DNA of 32,000 bases from positions 1 to 32,000 of the forward strand of contig NZ_SODD01000017.1 of the NCBI RefSeq assembly GCF_004365815.1, given 5' to 3'. The position numbers were made by a program, and so were the translations under genes. Below are positions 16,214-26,807 of the stretch, piece after piece. How positions within the stretch are numbered: the first letter of the stretch is position 1; each line of letters opens with the position of its first letter. The notes below the pieces were generated by a model. It saw only the letters and a program-made list of their open reading frames with translations, was not told where the DNA came from and searched no databases. The DNA is from Breznakia blatticola (GTDB lineage: Bacteria > Bacillota_I > Bacilli_A > Erysipelotrichales > Erysipelotrichaceae).

Positions 16214-19200
16214 GTCTAAATCAAGAACAACAACGTGCAGTTGCTGCTAGAAATACGAATATTCTTGTATCTGCAAGTGCTGGTGCTGGAAAAACAAAAG
16301 TTTTGATTGAACGACTCATGTCTTTAATCACACAAGATAAAGTAGAAGTTAGTGAAATACTTGCTATGACTTTTACAGAAGCGGCAGCAGCAGAGATGAA
16401 AAAGCGACTTGCAGCATCTCTATCAAGTACGTACGAACAAACAAAGGATCCATTTCTAAAAGCGCAACTGGCAAATTTAGAAAGTGCAAACATCTCAACA
16501 ATTCATGGATTTTGTTTGCGTATTTTAAAAGAATATTACTACATGATTGATCTACCTAAAAAACGTGTCAATCATCCATTAGATGAACAACAAGCAAGTA
16601 TGCTAAAAACAAATGCACTAGAAAGTGTACTAGCATATGCCTACCAACAACCATGGTTTCCAAGCTTCGTGGAAGTTTTTAGTGATCGACCAGAATCATT
16701 AGGAACTTTGGAAGCATCCATCAATCAATATGCAAATGTGGTAAATGCAAAAGCAGATCCACAAGCATATATAAAACACTGTATGGATTACTACAAACCT
16801 ATTGATACAATTGCACAGTTACCTAAAGATATTCAACACTATTTCTTTCAAGGAATCGAACTAGAACTAGATGTACTTATTGATGCACTAACACAAGTAG
16901 AATTTGAATATAGTGATGAAAGTAATCTTGTAAAAGAAGAACGTTACCAGAAAGCAAAGGCTGCCATTCTTGCACGTGATTATGAAAGTTATCGTGCAGT
17001 ATTAAAAGCAACGGTGCAACTAAAAAGTCCAGCCAAAACCAAAAGTGCATATTATACGACAATTGCAGAAGTGGAAGATCGTTTACTGCAACAAGCATTT
17101 AGTGAAAAAGAGTATGTGAGTTTCCATAATGCAAATGTTGAAGTAATGCATCACTTTATTGAGTTAACCCAAATGTTTCTTGCGCATTATGAAAAAGAAA
17201 AGCAAGAATACGAGTGTATTGATTTCTCGGATATGGAACACTATGCAATTGCTATACTACAAGCAAAAGGTGGGCATGTCGCAAATCTTTTAAAGCAACA
17301 GTTTAAAACGATCATGGTAGATGAATTCCAAGATAGTAATGATGTTCAAGATACACTAATTAAACTCATTGCGAAAGAGGATAATGTCTTCCGTGTTGGT
17401 GATATTAAACAATCTATTTATGGATTTCGTAATGCTTCACCAGAAATTATGAAAGGCTTTATCGATACACCTGATGCAAAAAATGAAGTGATTTTCTTTA
17501 AGTACAATTATCGTAGTAAAGAAAGTATTGTAGAGTTTACCAATCAATACTTCAAGGCACTGATGAATATTGAAGGACTTTCTTCATCTTATGAAAGTGA
17601 TGATGTTGTTAGTGTGGGTCGTGACCAACAAAAGGAAAATAATGTACCTGTGCAAATTCACATTATTGATAAGAACTTAAAGAAATCAGATGCATGGGCA
17701 GAAACACCAAATGATTTAACGACTTCATATATTGCTAATCAAATTCTAAAAATAAAAGCAGAAAAAGGATATGCATTTAAAGACTTCGCGATTTTAGTTC
17801 GTGGCAATGCTAAAATGAAAAGCATTAACGAAGAATTAAGTGAACTAGGAATTCCATGTTTTTATGCAAATGCAGAAGACTTCTATAAAAATGTAAGTAT
17901 TACATCCGTTATTTCTTTTGTTAAGGCGTTGGTGAATATGCATGATGATCATAATTTTATTGCTTTATGTACATCTTGTTTCTATCAAATTCCTGCAAAT
18001 GATCTAGCAAAAGCAAAACTAGAAAAAGCTGAAGATAGTAGTTATGCAACGTATTTTGAAAATGATGAACGACTTGCATCTTTCTATGAATTACGTGAAC
18101 ACATTTACAAACAACCTGTTTCAAAAGTGATGAAAAGCATCTATGATATTAACGATTTCTATATGTCGTATACGACGTTACAAGATAAAGCAAACTTGGA
18201 TTTACTTTATGAAATTGTATGTCAGAAAGAACAAGAAGAGGCAATGGGAATTCAGGGCTTCTTACGTTATATTGAGCAAGTACAAAATCTAAAAGTACCA
18301 GAAGCATTTCCATTAGGTGAAGGAGATGATGTCGTTCGTTTGATGACGATACATAAATCCAAAGGATTGGAATTTAAAGTTGTCTTCTTAGTAAGCTCAC
18401 AAAACAAGAATGCACAATCCAATTTTCTAGCAACAGATGATGAACTTGGAATTGCAGTTGACTATGTGGATGCCAAAAACTATCAGATTTATAATGATAT
18501 TAGTAAAATTGCAATTAAGAATAAACAGTATCTTAATTCACTTGAAGAAGAACTACGTGTTTTGTATGTTGCTATTACGCGAGCGGAGTGTGAGATGCAT
18601 GTTGTAGGAACGGGAAATGAAACCGAAATACTTGATGCAAACTTCCAGAACTTCTACAATACCAAAGGGTTTATATGGTGGATGCGTATGGGGTTACATG
18701 ATGTTGATGCATCGTTATACCACATTGAGTATGTTGATGAAGTGTGGACAAATCAAACACAAGAAACAAAGAAAATGGAATACACGCAAACATATTACGA
18801 TAAACAAGCAAGTGAAGTTGTATTTGCTTCACCAAGTGATAGTGAAACATTTGTGCAAAAACCACAGCCATTCTCTTTACAAGAGGATGTCGGCTTTGAA
18901 AGAGGGAGCAATCTTCACCGTATGGTAGAAGTCTTACCTAATACAACTTGGGATGATGCATTGCTAACACAAGTAGCAAATGCAGAAGCGATTACATTGC
19001 ATGCACATGATATGCAAGTCTTACAAAAACTACAAAATGAGCAGTTGTATCAGCAAGCATCAAGTTTTCATGAAGTGTATCATGAGTTTGCATTTATGGT
19101 TAAAGATGATCAAGAAATCATGCATGGATATATGGATTATCTTGCAATTGATGAAACCGATGTAATTATGATTGATTTTAAAAGTGATCGTGGAGTAGAT

Positions 19201-19335
19201 GAACAAGTTTTATACACAAGATATCACCAACAAATCAAAGCTTACCAAAAAGCATTACATATTTTATATCCAACGAAAAATATTCAAACGTATATTTATG
19301 CATTTGAATTAGCAAAAATGATTTTAATTAAGTAA
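16210..19335 (+). CDS. addA: ATP-dependent helicase/nuclease AddAB subunit A (UvrD-like helicase plus C-terminal nuclease)
   Basis: GTG 16210 follows AAGGAGGA and overlaps the addB stop. Walker A ASAGAGKTKVL, DEFQDSN, UvrD-type motifs, and the C-terminal nuclease motif GYMDYLAID...IDFKSD. Confidence 0.9.
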   Translation: MSLNQEQQRAVAARNTNILVSASAGAGKTKVLIERLMSLITQDKVEVSEILAMTFTEAAAAEMKKRLAASLSSTYEQTKDPFLKAQLANLESANISTIHGFCLRILKEYYYMIDLPKKRVNHPLDEQQASMLKTNALESVLAYAYQQPWFPSFVEVFSDRPESLGTLEASINQYANVVNAKADPQAYIKHCMDYYKPIDTIAQLPKDIQHYFFQGIELELDVLIDALTQVEFEYSDESNLVKEERYQKAKAAILARDYESYRAVLKATVQLKSPAKTKSAYYTTIAEVEDRLLQQAFSEKEYVSFHNANVEVMHHFIELTQMFLAHYEKEKQEYECIDFSDMEHYAIAILQAKGGHVANLLKQQFKTIMVDEFQDSNDVQDTLIKLIAKEDNVFRVGDIKQSIYGFRNASPEIMKGFIDTPDAKNEVIFFKYNYRSKESIVEFTNQYFKALMNIEGLSSSYESDDVVSVGRDQQKENNVPVQIHIIDKNLKKSDAWAETPNDLTTSYIANQILKIKAEKGYAFKDFAILVRGNAKMKSINEELSELGIPCFYANAEDFYKNVSITSVISFVKALVNMHDDHNFIALCTSCFYQIPANDLAKAKLEKAEDSSYATYFENDERLASFYELREHIYKQPVSKVMKSIYDINDFYMSYTTLQDKANLDLLYEIVCQKEQEEAMGIQGFLRYIEQVQNLKVPEAFPLGEGDDVVRLMTIHKSKGLEFKVVFLVSSQNKNAQSNFLATDDELGIAVDYVDAKNYQIYNDISKIAIKNKQYLNSLEEELRVLYVAITRAECEMHVVGTGNETEILDANFQNFYNTKGFIWWMRMGLHDVDASLYHIEYVDEVWTNQTQETKKMEYTQTYYDKQASEVVFASPSDSETFVQKPQPFSLQEDVGFERGSNLHRMVEVLPNTTWDDALLTQVANAEAITLHAHDMQVLQKLQNEQLYQQASSFHEVYHEFAFMVKDDQEIMHGYMDYLAIDETDVIMIDFKSDRGVDEQVLYTRYHQQIKAYQKALHILYPTKNIQTYIYAFELAKMILIK

Positions 19336-19369
19336 AAAAGTGTCACATCCATTTGGATGTGACACTTTT
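19336..19369. terminator. Bidirectional rho-independent terminator between convergent addA and the permease gene
   Basis: AAAAGTGTCACATCC-attt-GGATGTGACACTTTT, a perfect 15-bp stem. Confidence 0.85.
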
Positions 19370-19370
19370 G

Positions 19371-22300
19371 TTAGTCTACTGATTTTAATGCTTGTAGCAT
19401 ATCTTCTTTACGTAGTTTTTGATTAACAAAGATACCAAGAATAAAGGTAACTGTGGCAACTAAGATGATTGAGACAATAAATCCCATCAGACCAGTTGTT
19501 GGATCAAACATTACGTCTTCAGGTGGAACAACATTCAAGATATATAAGTGGAGCAATCGACCAAAGATAAATCCAGTCAAAATACCAAGAATGGTTAATG
19601 TAATTGTTTCTCGATAAATATACATGGTAACTTCTTTATCATAGAATCCAAGAACTTTAATCGTTGACAATTCACGAATTCGTTCAGAGATATTGATGTT
19701 TGTGAGGTTGTAGAGAATGACAACAGCCAATAATGAAGCAACAATAATTAATACAGTCATAATCATATCTAAAGCATTTACAATTGTATCAATTTGGGTG
19801 ATCAAAGTTGTGTTTTGCACGATTCCTTTAACCCCAGGTAAATCCATAAATACTGCTGCTTGTGTATTTGCATTAGTAATTGAGCGATTATGCAAACTTA
19901 CAAAGTATGCGTTATCGGTATAGTCTTGGTTGAATACTTGTTCATAGGTAGTTTCATTCATGAATGCAAAGTGTCCCATATACATCTCACAAATTCCACC
20001 AACTTTCATTTCATAGCTATTGTTGTTTGCATCTTGCATAACAATAGTATCACCAATACTAACATCAAATGATTTTGCAAGACGTTCACTGATTATGATA
20101 CTTCCATCTTCTAGTGAGATTTTTTCTTTCCCCTTACGTTCTTCCAAGGTAATGTAATTACTTAATTTTGCAGTGTCACTTGGGACAAGAAGTTTAACAT
20201 CTTGCTTATCACCTGAGGTATTTGGTGTGACATGTAATTCACTATAATGAATTGGCATACTATATTTGATAGCCTCATTACGTAATTGTTTTTCTAAGTT
20301 ATCGCTTTGTGCTTGTTGGATCGTTGGATCTTTTGCGATGATCATATCATAGGTGATAATCTCACCAAATTGATGATCTCCAATCCCAGAAATTGAGTGT
20401 TGCATACCAAATCCTGCAAATAACATCGTTACTGCACCACAAACACCAAAGATGGTCATAAATGCACGTTTTTTATAGCGGAAGAGATTTCTTGCAGTGA
20501 CTTTGTGTGTAAAACTTAAACGTGACCACAAAGGACGAATTCTTTCTAGTAGAATTTTACTGCCCGCTTTTGGGGATTTTGGTTGTAAAAGTATGCTTGG
20601 ACGATTTTTTAGTTCACGACTTGCCACCATATATGCTGGTAGTACTGCACTAAGTAAAGAAAGAATTAGTGCAATCAAACTAATGGTGAAGTAAAAGTGG
20701 AACTCAATAGGTGGAACTGTAAAGCCAACACTGTACGCTTTATAAACGATAGCAGGTAATAGTGTGTGTCCAAGAATGGTACCGATGAAGGTTCCAATCG
20801 TTCCAGCAAGTAAACCATAAACTGTGAATTTTTTACGAATGTCCTTGTTTTCATAACCAAGTGCTTTTAATGTTCCTAGATTGATTCGATCTTCATCAAC
20901 AAATCGTGTCATGGTAGTAAATGTTACCAATGCAGCCACAAAGTATAAAAAGATGGGAAATACATTTGCTAAACTATCCACAATTGTGGCAATACTTCCA
21001 TAGATTTTATATCCTTGCGAACCAGGAGCTTCTTTTCTTGATTGAATTGCATATGCTGGTAACTCTAAAGAATCTAAACTATCTTCGTATTGCGAGAGTT
21101 TTGATTTTGCATTAGCAAGTTCTTTTTCGATATCACTGCGTTTTTCATCAAATTCCGCTTGCTTGCTTTGATAAGTTGTTTTACTTTCTTGCAAAGTTGC
21201 ACTTGCTTGAGTAAGTTGATTTGCACCTTCTGTTTTCTTTGTTTCAAAACCTGCTTCTTGATTTTGTAGTTCGATTTGTCCTTGCTGAAGCTGCACTTCA
21301 CCAGCACGAATTTGACGATCTGCTTGCTCTAACTGCACTTTCGCATTTTCAATCGCTGTTGTGGCTTGTGTAAGTTGTTGCGTGTAGGCTGTTAGATTTG
21401 CTTGGACAACTTGTAAGGTAGCACTTGCTTCTGCTTTTTGCTGGTCGGTAGCAGTAGGATCATTGATCACAGCTTGTAAAGTTGTTTCTTGTTGCTTCAA
21501 TGAAGTAATGGCAGCTTCTAATTGCGGTTTGCTTTCGTTATATGTTTGCAATTTTGCTTGATAGGTTGTCAGATTGTTTTGATAGGCATTTTTAGCCTGT
21601 GTTAATGTAGTTTCGCTTTGTCTAAGAGTATTTCTAGCATCATTGAGTTTTACTTGTCCATCTTGAATGGCTTGATTGTACATCGCTTGTTTGTTTGCTA
21701 GTTCGAGTTCACCTTGTTCAATTTGCAGCTTTGCATTTGCCAATTGTTCTTTTGTGTTATCAAATGTTTGTTGCGCATCTAGAAGGTTTTTATTTCCTTC
21801 ATCAAGTTGCCTTTGAACATCTGCTTTAACTGATTGCAAACGGAGTTTTGGTTGGTCAGCTAGTAACTCATTTAGTTCTTCTTTGTGTTTGAGTAATCTA
21901 GTAGCATAAGTATCACTATAGGGGTCTACACTAGCAATATCCTCATACGTAAGTCGAGCGATCATAAATATATCACTATCAAATGCTTCAGTTGAAATGA
22001 CTGCGTAGTGTGATAAATCTCCGGTACCAGCTGTAGATGCACCTTGATTTACATTAGATATAATTTCTGTTGAATTTACAAAACCAACAATGGTAAAAGT
22101 GTGCGTGTTTAATGTAGTGTTTCCACTTAAGTCTTTTTTCTCATGAAATGAAATGGAATCACCAATTGCATAGTCCTTTTTTAAGTTTTCTTGTAATGCG
22201 ATTTCCTTTTTGCTTTTTGGCAAACGTCCTTCTTTTACATCGAATGTTGAGATACGTTCTGTTTTAGAAAATAATCGAACTGCTGTATGTTCGTTTTTAA

Positions 22301-22583
22301 TAGTCACATCTTTTAAGTATCCATATTCAATATCTTTGGCGGATGCTTGATTGATGATATTTACATCTTCTTGATTTAATCCATAGTCTGCAATAATCGA
22401 TAAATCTGCAGTATGATGGTCTTGGAAATAATTGCTTCCAGTCACTCGCATATCAGGACCAGTTACTTTGAGTCCAACAAGAGCGAATGAACCTAATGCC
22501 ATCAAACAAACGATGGAGAAGAAACGACTCTTTGATTTTTTGAAAGAGCGAAAGATTTCTTTACGTAATGCTAATTTCTTCAT
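19371..22583 (-). CDS. MacB/FtsX-type ABC transporter permease with two FtsX modules and a ~275-aa coiled-coil insert in the first ectodomain
   Basis: ATG 22583 (MKKLALRKEIF...) lies 5 nt after the ATPase stop. Each half has one TM helix, an ectodomain and three TM helices. Residues ~233-510 are Q/A/L/T-rich heptad-like sequence. Confidence 0.9.
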   Translation of the reverse strand: MKKLALRKEIFRSFKKSKSRFFSIVCLMALGSFALVGLKVTGPDMRVTGSNYFQDHHTADLSIIADYGLNQEDVNIINQASAKDIEYGYLKDVTIKNEHTAVRLFSKTERISTFDVKEGRLPKSKKEIALQENLKKDYAIGDSISFHEKKDLSGNTTLNTHTFTIVGFVNSTEIISNVNQGASTAGTGDLSHYAVISTEAFDSDIFMIARLTYEDIASVDPYSDTYATRLLKHKEELNELLADQPKLRLQSVKADVQRQLDEGNKNLLDAQQTFDNTKEQLANAKLQIEQGELELANKQAMYNQAIQDGQVKLNDARNTLRQSETTLTQAKNAYQNNLTTYQAKLQTYNESKPQLEAAITSLKQQETTLQAVINDPTATDQQKAEASATLQVVQANLTAYTQQLTQATTAIENAKVQLEQADRQIRAGEVQLQQGQIELQNQEAGFETKKTEGANQLTQASATLQESKTTYQSKQAEFDEKRSDIEKELANAKSKLSQYEDSLDSLELPAYAIQSRKEAPGSQGYKIYGSIATIVDSLANVFPIFLYFVAALVTFTTMTRFVDEDRINLGTLKALGYENKDIRKKFTVYGLLAGTIGTFIGTILGHTLLPAIVYKAYSVGFTVPPIEFHFYFTISLIALILSLLSAVLPAYMVASRELKNRPSILLQPKSPKAGSKILLERIRPLWSRLSFTHKVTARNLFRYKKRAFMTIFGVCGAVTMLFAGFGMQHSISGIGDHQFGEIITYDMIIAKDPTIQQAQSDNLEKQLRNEAIKYSMPIHYSELHVTPNTSGDKQDVKLLVPSDTAKLSNYITLEERKGKEKISLEDGSIIISERLAKSFDVSIGDTIVMQDANNNSYEMKVGGICEMYMGHFAFMNETTYEQVFNQDYTDNAYFVSLHNRSITNANTQAAVFMDLPGVKGIVQNTTLITQIDTIVNALDMIMTVLIIVASLLAVVILYNLTNINISERIRELSTIKVLGFYDKEVTMYIYRETITLTILGILTGFIFGRLLHLYILNVVPPEDVMFDPTTGLMGFIVSIILVATVTFILGIFVNQKLRKEDMLQALKSVD

Positions 22584-22588
22584 TGAAA

Positions 22589-23290
22589 TCACCACTCAAT
22601 CTCACGAATTGATTTTGGTTGCTCATTGACTTCGATACTTTGTACCTTGGCATCACGCATGCGGATGACTCGATCTGCAATTGGTGCTAATGCTCCGTTG
22701 TGTGTCACGATAATCACGGTTGCACCTTGCTTGCGTGACATATCTTGAAGGATTTGTAAGACCTGTTTACCTGTATTGTAATCAAGAGCACCCGTAGGTT
22801 CATCACAAAGTAGAATTTTTGGATTTTTTGCAACTGCACGAGCGATGGCAACGCGCTGTTGCTCCCCTCCTGATAGTTGGGTTGGAAAGTTGTTGATTCT
22901 TGATTGTAGACCTACACTTTTTAAGACTTCAACAGCATCACTTGCATCTTTTACAATTTCGCTGGCAAGTTCAACGTTTTCCTTAGCTGTAAGATTTGGT
23001 ACTAAGTTATAAAATTGGAAGACAAATCCGACATCATTTCGTCGATATGTAATAAGCTCTTTATCTGAATATGCTGCAATATCATGGCCATCAATAATCA
23101 CTTGGCCACTATCATTGCGATCCATACCACCTAATATATTTAAAATTGTCGATTTACCGGCACCAGAAGCACCTAAGATAATCGCTAGTTCACCTTTCTC
23201 AATTGAGAAGTTCACCTTATCGTTTGCGGTGATCGTTGTATCACCCATCTTATATTCTTTTGTACTATCAATAATATCAATGTAACTCAT
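22589..23290 (-). CDS. ABC transporter ATP-binding protein (MacB/LolD-like)
   Basis: Walker [10 protein letters not shown], signature LSGGEQQR, Walker [26 protein letters not shown]. Confidence 0.9.
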   Translation of the reverse strand: MSYIDIIDSTKEYKMGDTTITANDKVNFSIEKGELAIILGASGAGKSTILNILGGMDRNDSGQVIIDGHDIAAYSDKELITYRRNDVGFVFQFYNLVPNLTAKENVELASEIVKDASDAVEVLKSVGLQSRINNFPTQLSGGEQQRVAIARAVAKNPKILLCDEPTGALDYNTGKQVLQILQDMSRKQGATVIIVTHNGALAPIADRVIRMRDAKVQSIEVNEQPKSIREIEW

Positions 23291-23316
23291 AAATTACCTC
23301 CTTTATGAACAACGTG

Positions 23317-23344
23317 TTGATTTTAGTAAAACCTAGTATATAAT
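23317..23344 (+). promoter_or_regulatory. Sigma-A-type promoter of the TetR gene (TTGATT-N16-TATAAT), overlapping a short inverted repeat
   Basis: TTGATT at 23317-23322 and TATAAT at 23339-23344. On the opposite strand, TTGAAG-N17-TATACT could serve the ABC operon. Confidence 0.4.
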
Positions 23345-23405
23345 GTGTTAAGTGAATCTTCAATAATCAAAATATTGGGATGTGTTCATTTAAGGAGTGA
23401 GATAT

Positions 23406-24029
23406 TTGAGTACACAAAGACACACAGAAACAACAAACAAAATTAAGAAAACCTTCACAAAACTTTTAAAGGAAAAAGGGCTTGATGCAATGAGTGTTAC
23501 AGATATTGCACGTGGTAGTAAAATCAATCGTGGAACATTCTATTTACACTATTTAGATAAATATGACTTAATGGATAAAATGCAAGATGATTTAATCCAT
23601 GATTTGACATTGATTTTGGATGATCAGAAAGAATGTACAGAAAGTAATACTCCATCAAGTATCTTTAGTTATGCGCAAATAGTGAAAGCATTACAATACG
23701 TAAAACAAGAATTTGCATTTATTGAAACTCTCACTGGTGAAAAAGGGGATCCAAAGTTTGTGGCTCGTTTTAAAGCATATATTGCAGAATTGATAAAAGA
23801 AAAAGTACAACATTCGCAAAATCTGAAAATGGGCATGGATTATCTTCCAAAAGATTATGCTGATGAGGTTTTATTATCAGGGGTGTTTTCTATTATTTTA
23901 CTATGGATTGATAAAGGTGCAATTGAAACGCCAGAGCAAGTTGCTGATATGATTATACAAGTTTGTGAACAGTCCATGTTTGGTCCGTTTCAAGTGGATA
24001 CAACCAAGACAAAAGAAAAAGAGCTTTGA
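23406..24029 (+). CDS. TetR/AcrR family transcriptional regulator
   Basis: N-terminal TetR HTH (MSVTDIARGSKINRGTFYLHYLDKYDLM). The TTG 23406 start lies 8 nt after AAGGAG; the alternative GTG 23397 overlaps the SD. The gene is divergent from the ABC pair. Confidence 0.85.
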   Translation: MSTQRHTETTNKIKKTFTKLLKEKGLDAMSVTDIARGSKINRGTFYLHYLDKYDLMDKMQDDLIHDLTLILDDQKECTESNTPSSIFSYAQIVKALQYVKQEFAFIETLTGEKGDPKFVARFKAYIAELIKEKVQHSQNLKMGMDYLPKDYADEVLLSGVFSIILLWIDKGAIETPEQVADMIIQVCEQSMFGPFQVDTTKTKEKEL

Positions 24030-24036
24030 GCTCTTT
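24018..24036. terminator. Short hairpin between convergent TetR and fumarate hydratase genes
   Basis: AAAGAGC-tttga-GCTCTTT. The stem is short and A/T-rich. Confidence 0.4.
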
Positions 24037-24037
24037 G

Positions 24038-24562
24038 TTATCGTTGATATAAATTTGTTCCTTGTGCATCTAAAGCGATCGTGATAGGAAAATTCTCGAC
24101 AGTTAGTTTTAAAATGGCTTCTGCACCTAAATCAGCAAAAGCTACAGGCTCTGCTTTTTTAATGCATTTCCCTAATAAAGCACCAGCCCCACCAATGGCA
24201 ACGGCGTAGAGTGCTTGATTTTTTATAATTGAATCTTTGACTGCTGAACTTCGATATCCTTTTCCAATGGTACAACTTACACCTAAGTCATAAAGTGTTG
24301 GTGCATAAGCATCCATTCTTGCAGATGTTGTAGGACCTGCACTACCAAAGGTATGTCCTGGTTGTGTTGGGGTTGGTCCAACATAATAAATGGTTGCATC
24401 TTGTAAATCAAAGGGAAGAGATTCATTGTTTTGAATCATTTCAAACAAACGTTTATGCGCCGCATCTCTAGCTGTATATAATTCACCACTAAGATAAATG
24501 AAATCTCCGGTTTTTAAGTCTTTCATTTTATCTTTGGTTAAAGGTAGTTGAATGTGTTTCAT
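24038..24562 (-). CDS. Class I (Fe-S) fumarate hydratase / tartrate dehydratase family, beta subunit
   Basis: MKHIQLPLTKDKMKDLKTGDFIYLSGELYTARDAAHKRL... is typical of the C-terminal-domain subunit. There is an ATGA start/stop overlap with the alpha subunit gene. Confidence 0.9.
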   Translation of the reverse strand: MKHIQLPLTKDKMKDLKTGDFIYLSGELYTARDAAHKRLFEMIQNNESLPFDLQDATIYYVGPTPTQPGHTFGSAGPTTSARMDAYAPTLYDLGVSCTIGKGYRSSAVKDSIIKNQALYAVAIGGAGALLGKCIKKAEPVAFADLGAEAILKLTVENFPITIALDAQGTNLYQR

Positions 24563-25407
24563 GATAGTACCTCTTTTGCATGTCTTGTAATATGGCAAGA
24601 AATATTTACGGCTACAGGTAATCCTGCAATATGTGTAGGAAAGTATTCTACATTAATTGCAAGTGCAGTGGCATCACCACCAAATCCTTGCGGTCCAATT
24701 CCTGTTTCATTGGCAAGTTGCAGCAATTTCTTTTCAAGTTTCGCATAAGCGGGATTGTTATTAGGTGTGCGACTATCGCGAAGTAATGCTTTTTTTGCCA
24801 GAACTGCAGCATAATCGAAAGTACCACCAATACCAACACCGACAACCATTGGTGGACATGCATTTGGTCCAGCATTTTTAATTGCCTCAAGTACCGTTTG
24901 AATCACACCTTCTTCACCATCAGCAGGAGTAAGCATCGTTAGAGTGCTTTTGTTTTCTGAACCAAAACCTTTAGCAGCTACTTCAATGATGACCTTTTCA
25001 CCAGGTATGATCTCTGTATATAAGATGCATGGTGTATTATTTTTCGTGTTGATACGTTCGTATAAGGGATCATCGACAACTGATTTTCGTAAGTAACCAG
25101 CTTCATATCCAGCTGCAACTCCTGCGTTGACAGCTTGGGTTAAATCTCCATCAATTAAATGTACATCTTGTCCAATTTTTAAAAATACAATTGCCATTCC
25201 TGTATCTTGACATACAGGAATTTTTTCTTGCTTAGCGATTTCAGCATTTTCTAAAAGAATACCTAAAGTATTCTTCGCAAGTTCATTTGTTTCTTGTGTA
25301 TTTGCTTGTTGTAAGAGTTCATATATATCACTTGGATAGTTTACATTAATATCTTGCACCATTTTAGTAAGTGCATCGCGGATTGCATGTACGCTTATTT
25401 CTTTCAT
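24559..25407 (-). CDS. Class I (Fe-S) fumarate hydratase / tartrate dehydratase family, alpha subunit
   Basis: ATG 25407 follows GGAGA. Conserved CQDTGMAIVF and other Cys-containing motifs of Fe-S hydro-lyases. Confidence 0.9.
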   Translation of the reverse strand: MKEISVHAIRDALTKMVQDINVNYPSDIYELLQQANTQETNELAKNTLGILLENAEIAKQEKIPVCQDTGMAIVFLKIGQDVHLIDGDLTQAVNAGVAAGYEAGYLRKSVVDDPLYERINTKNNTPCILYTEIIPGEKVIIEVAAKGFGSENKSTLTMLTPADGEEGVIQTVLEAIKNAGPNACPPMVVGVGIGGTFDYAAVLAKKALLRDSRTPNNNPAYAKLEKKLLQLANETGIGPQGFGGDATALAINVEYFPTHIAGLPVAVNISCHITRHAKEVLS

Positions 25408-25419
25408 GAGGTTCTCCAA

Positions 25420-26574
25420 TTACTTGTTTGCTTCGGCTTTTACAGCATTAGCCACAACGGTAACGACATCTTTATTAAATGAATTTGGAATAATGTAGTC
25501 TTCGTTTAGTTCCTCATCTTTTACGACAGAAGCGATTGCTTTAGCAGCAGCAACTTTCATTGCTTCCGTGATTTTAGCTGCTCTTGCATCAAGTGCACCT
25601 CTAAAGATTCCAGGGAATACTAATACATTATTAATTTGATTTGCAAAATCACTACGTCCAGTTGCAACAATACGAGCACCACCTTCTTTTGCGACATCCG
25701 GCATAATTTCTGGAACTGGATTTGCCATCGCAAAAACAATTGCATCAGAATTCATAGTACGTACCATTTCTGCACTTACAATATTTGGTGCGCTTACACC
25801 AATGAAAACATCTTTGCCTTTCATAATGGTTGCTAAGTCACCAGTTTGTTTGTTGGGGTTTGTGATATTTGCCATTGCAGCTTGTGCTTCATTCATCCAT
25901 GTTTCACCTGGACAAAGTGCACCTTTTAAGTCAACTAAAGTGACATCTTTGGCTCCAATTTGTAGAAGTAACTTGCAAATACTGATACCTGCAGAACCAG
26001 CTCCATTGATAACGATACTTGCTTGTGCGATACCTTTCTTTACCAACTTTAATGCATTGATAATACCAGCACTTACCACAATTGCAGTTCCATGTTGATC
26101 ATCGTGGAAAACTGGAATATCACATTCTTCAATTAAACGTCTTTCGATTTCAAAACATCTTGGTGCACTAATGTCTTCTAAATTGATTCCACCAAATGTA
26201 GGGGCAAGTAGTTTTACGGTACGAATGATTTCTTCCGTATCTTGTGTGTCTAAACAAATAGGGAAGGCATCAATATCAGCAAACTCTTTAAATAGAATTG
26301 CCTTTCCTTCCATCACAGGCATTGCAGCTTTTGGGCCAATGTTACCAAGTCCAAGTACGGCACTTCCATCTGTCACAACAGCTACGAAGTTTCCTTTATT
26401 CGTATAGGTATATATCGCATTATCATCTTCTACGATTTCACGACATGGTTGAGCAACACCTGGAGTATATGCTAATGATAGATCTTCCATGTTTTTCACT
26501 TCAACTTTTGATGTGACAGCAAGTTTCCCTCTATGTTTCTTATGTAATTCCAATGATTTTTCGTAAACGTCCAT
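25420..26574 (-). CDS. NAD(P)-dependent malic enzyme (short ~385-aa type)
   Basis: ATG 26574 follows AAAAAGGAG. Motifs: LSLAYTPGVAQPCREI, VVTDGSAVLGLGNIG, FGGINLEDI, and the Rossmann motif VINGAGSAGISI. Confidence 0.9.
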   Translation of the reverse strand: MDVYEKSLELHKKHRGKLAVTSKVEVKNMEDLSLAYTPGVAQPCREIVEDDNAIYTYTNKGNFVAVVTDGSAVLGLGNIGPKAAMPVMEGKAILFKEFADIDAFPICLDTQDTEEIIRTVKLLAPTFGGINLEDISAPRCFEIERRLIEECDIPVFHDDQHGTAIVVSAGIINALKLVKKGIAQASIVINGAGSAGISICKLLLQIGAKDVTLVDLKGALCPGETWMNEAQAAMANITNPNKQTGDLATIMKGKDVFIGVSAPNIVSAEMVRTMNSDAIVFAMANPVPEIMPDVAKEGGARIVATGRSDFANQINNVLVFPGIFRGALDARAAKITEAMKVAAAKAIASVVKDEELNEDYIIPNSFNKDVVTVVANAVKAEANK

Positions 26575-26807
26575 ATGATCACTCCTTTTTATCTTCATTA
26601 TTATACATCAGAGTGATTGGATTGGTGATATAAATCTTATATTTTAGTAGTTTATGATAGAAAAGGATAATAAAAACAGTGATAATTTATGATGTAATTT
26701 AGCTAAGAAATTATATATGAATACTCTTTATATCATATTGATTGTCATGCTTTACAACACATGCACACAATAATAAAATAGCCCTTGTGTGAATTTTTAA
26801 AAAGTGT

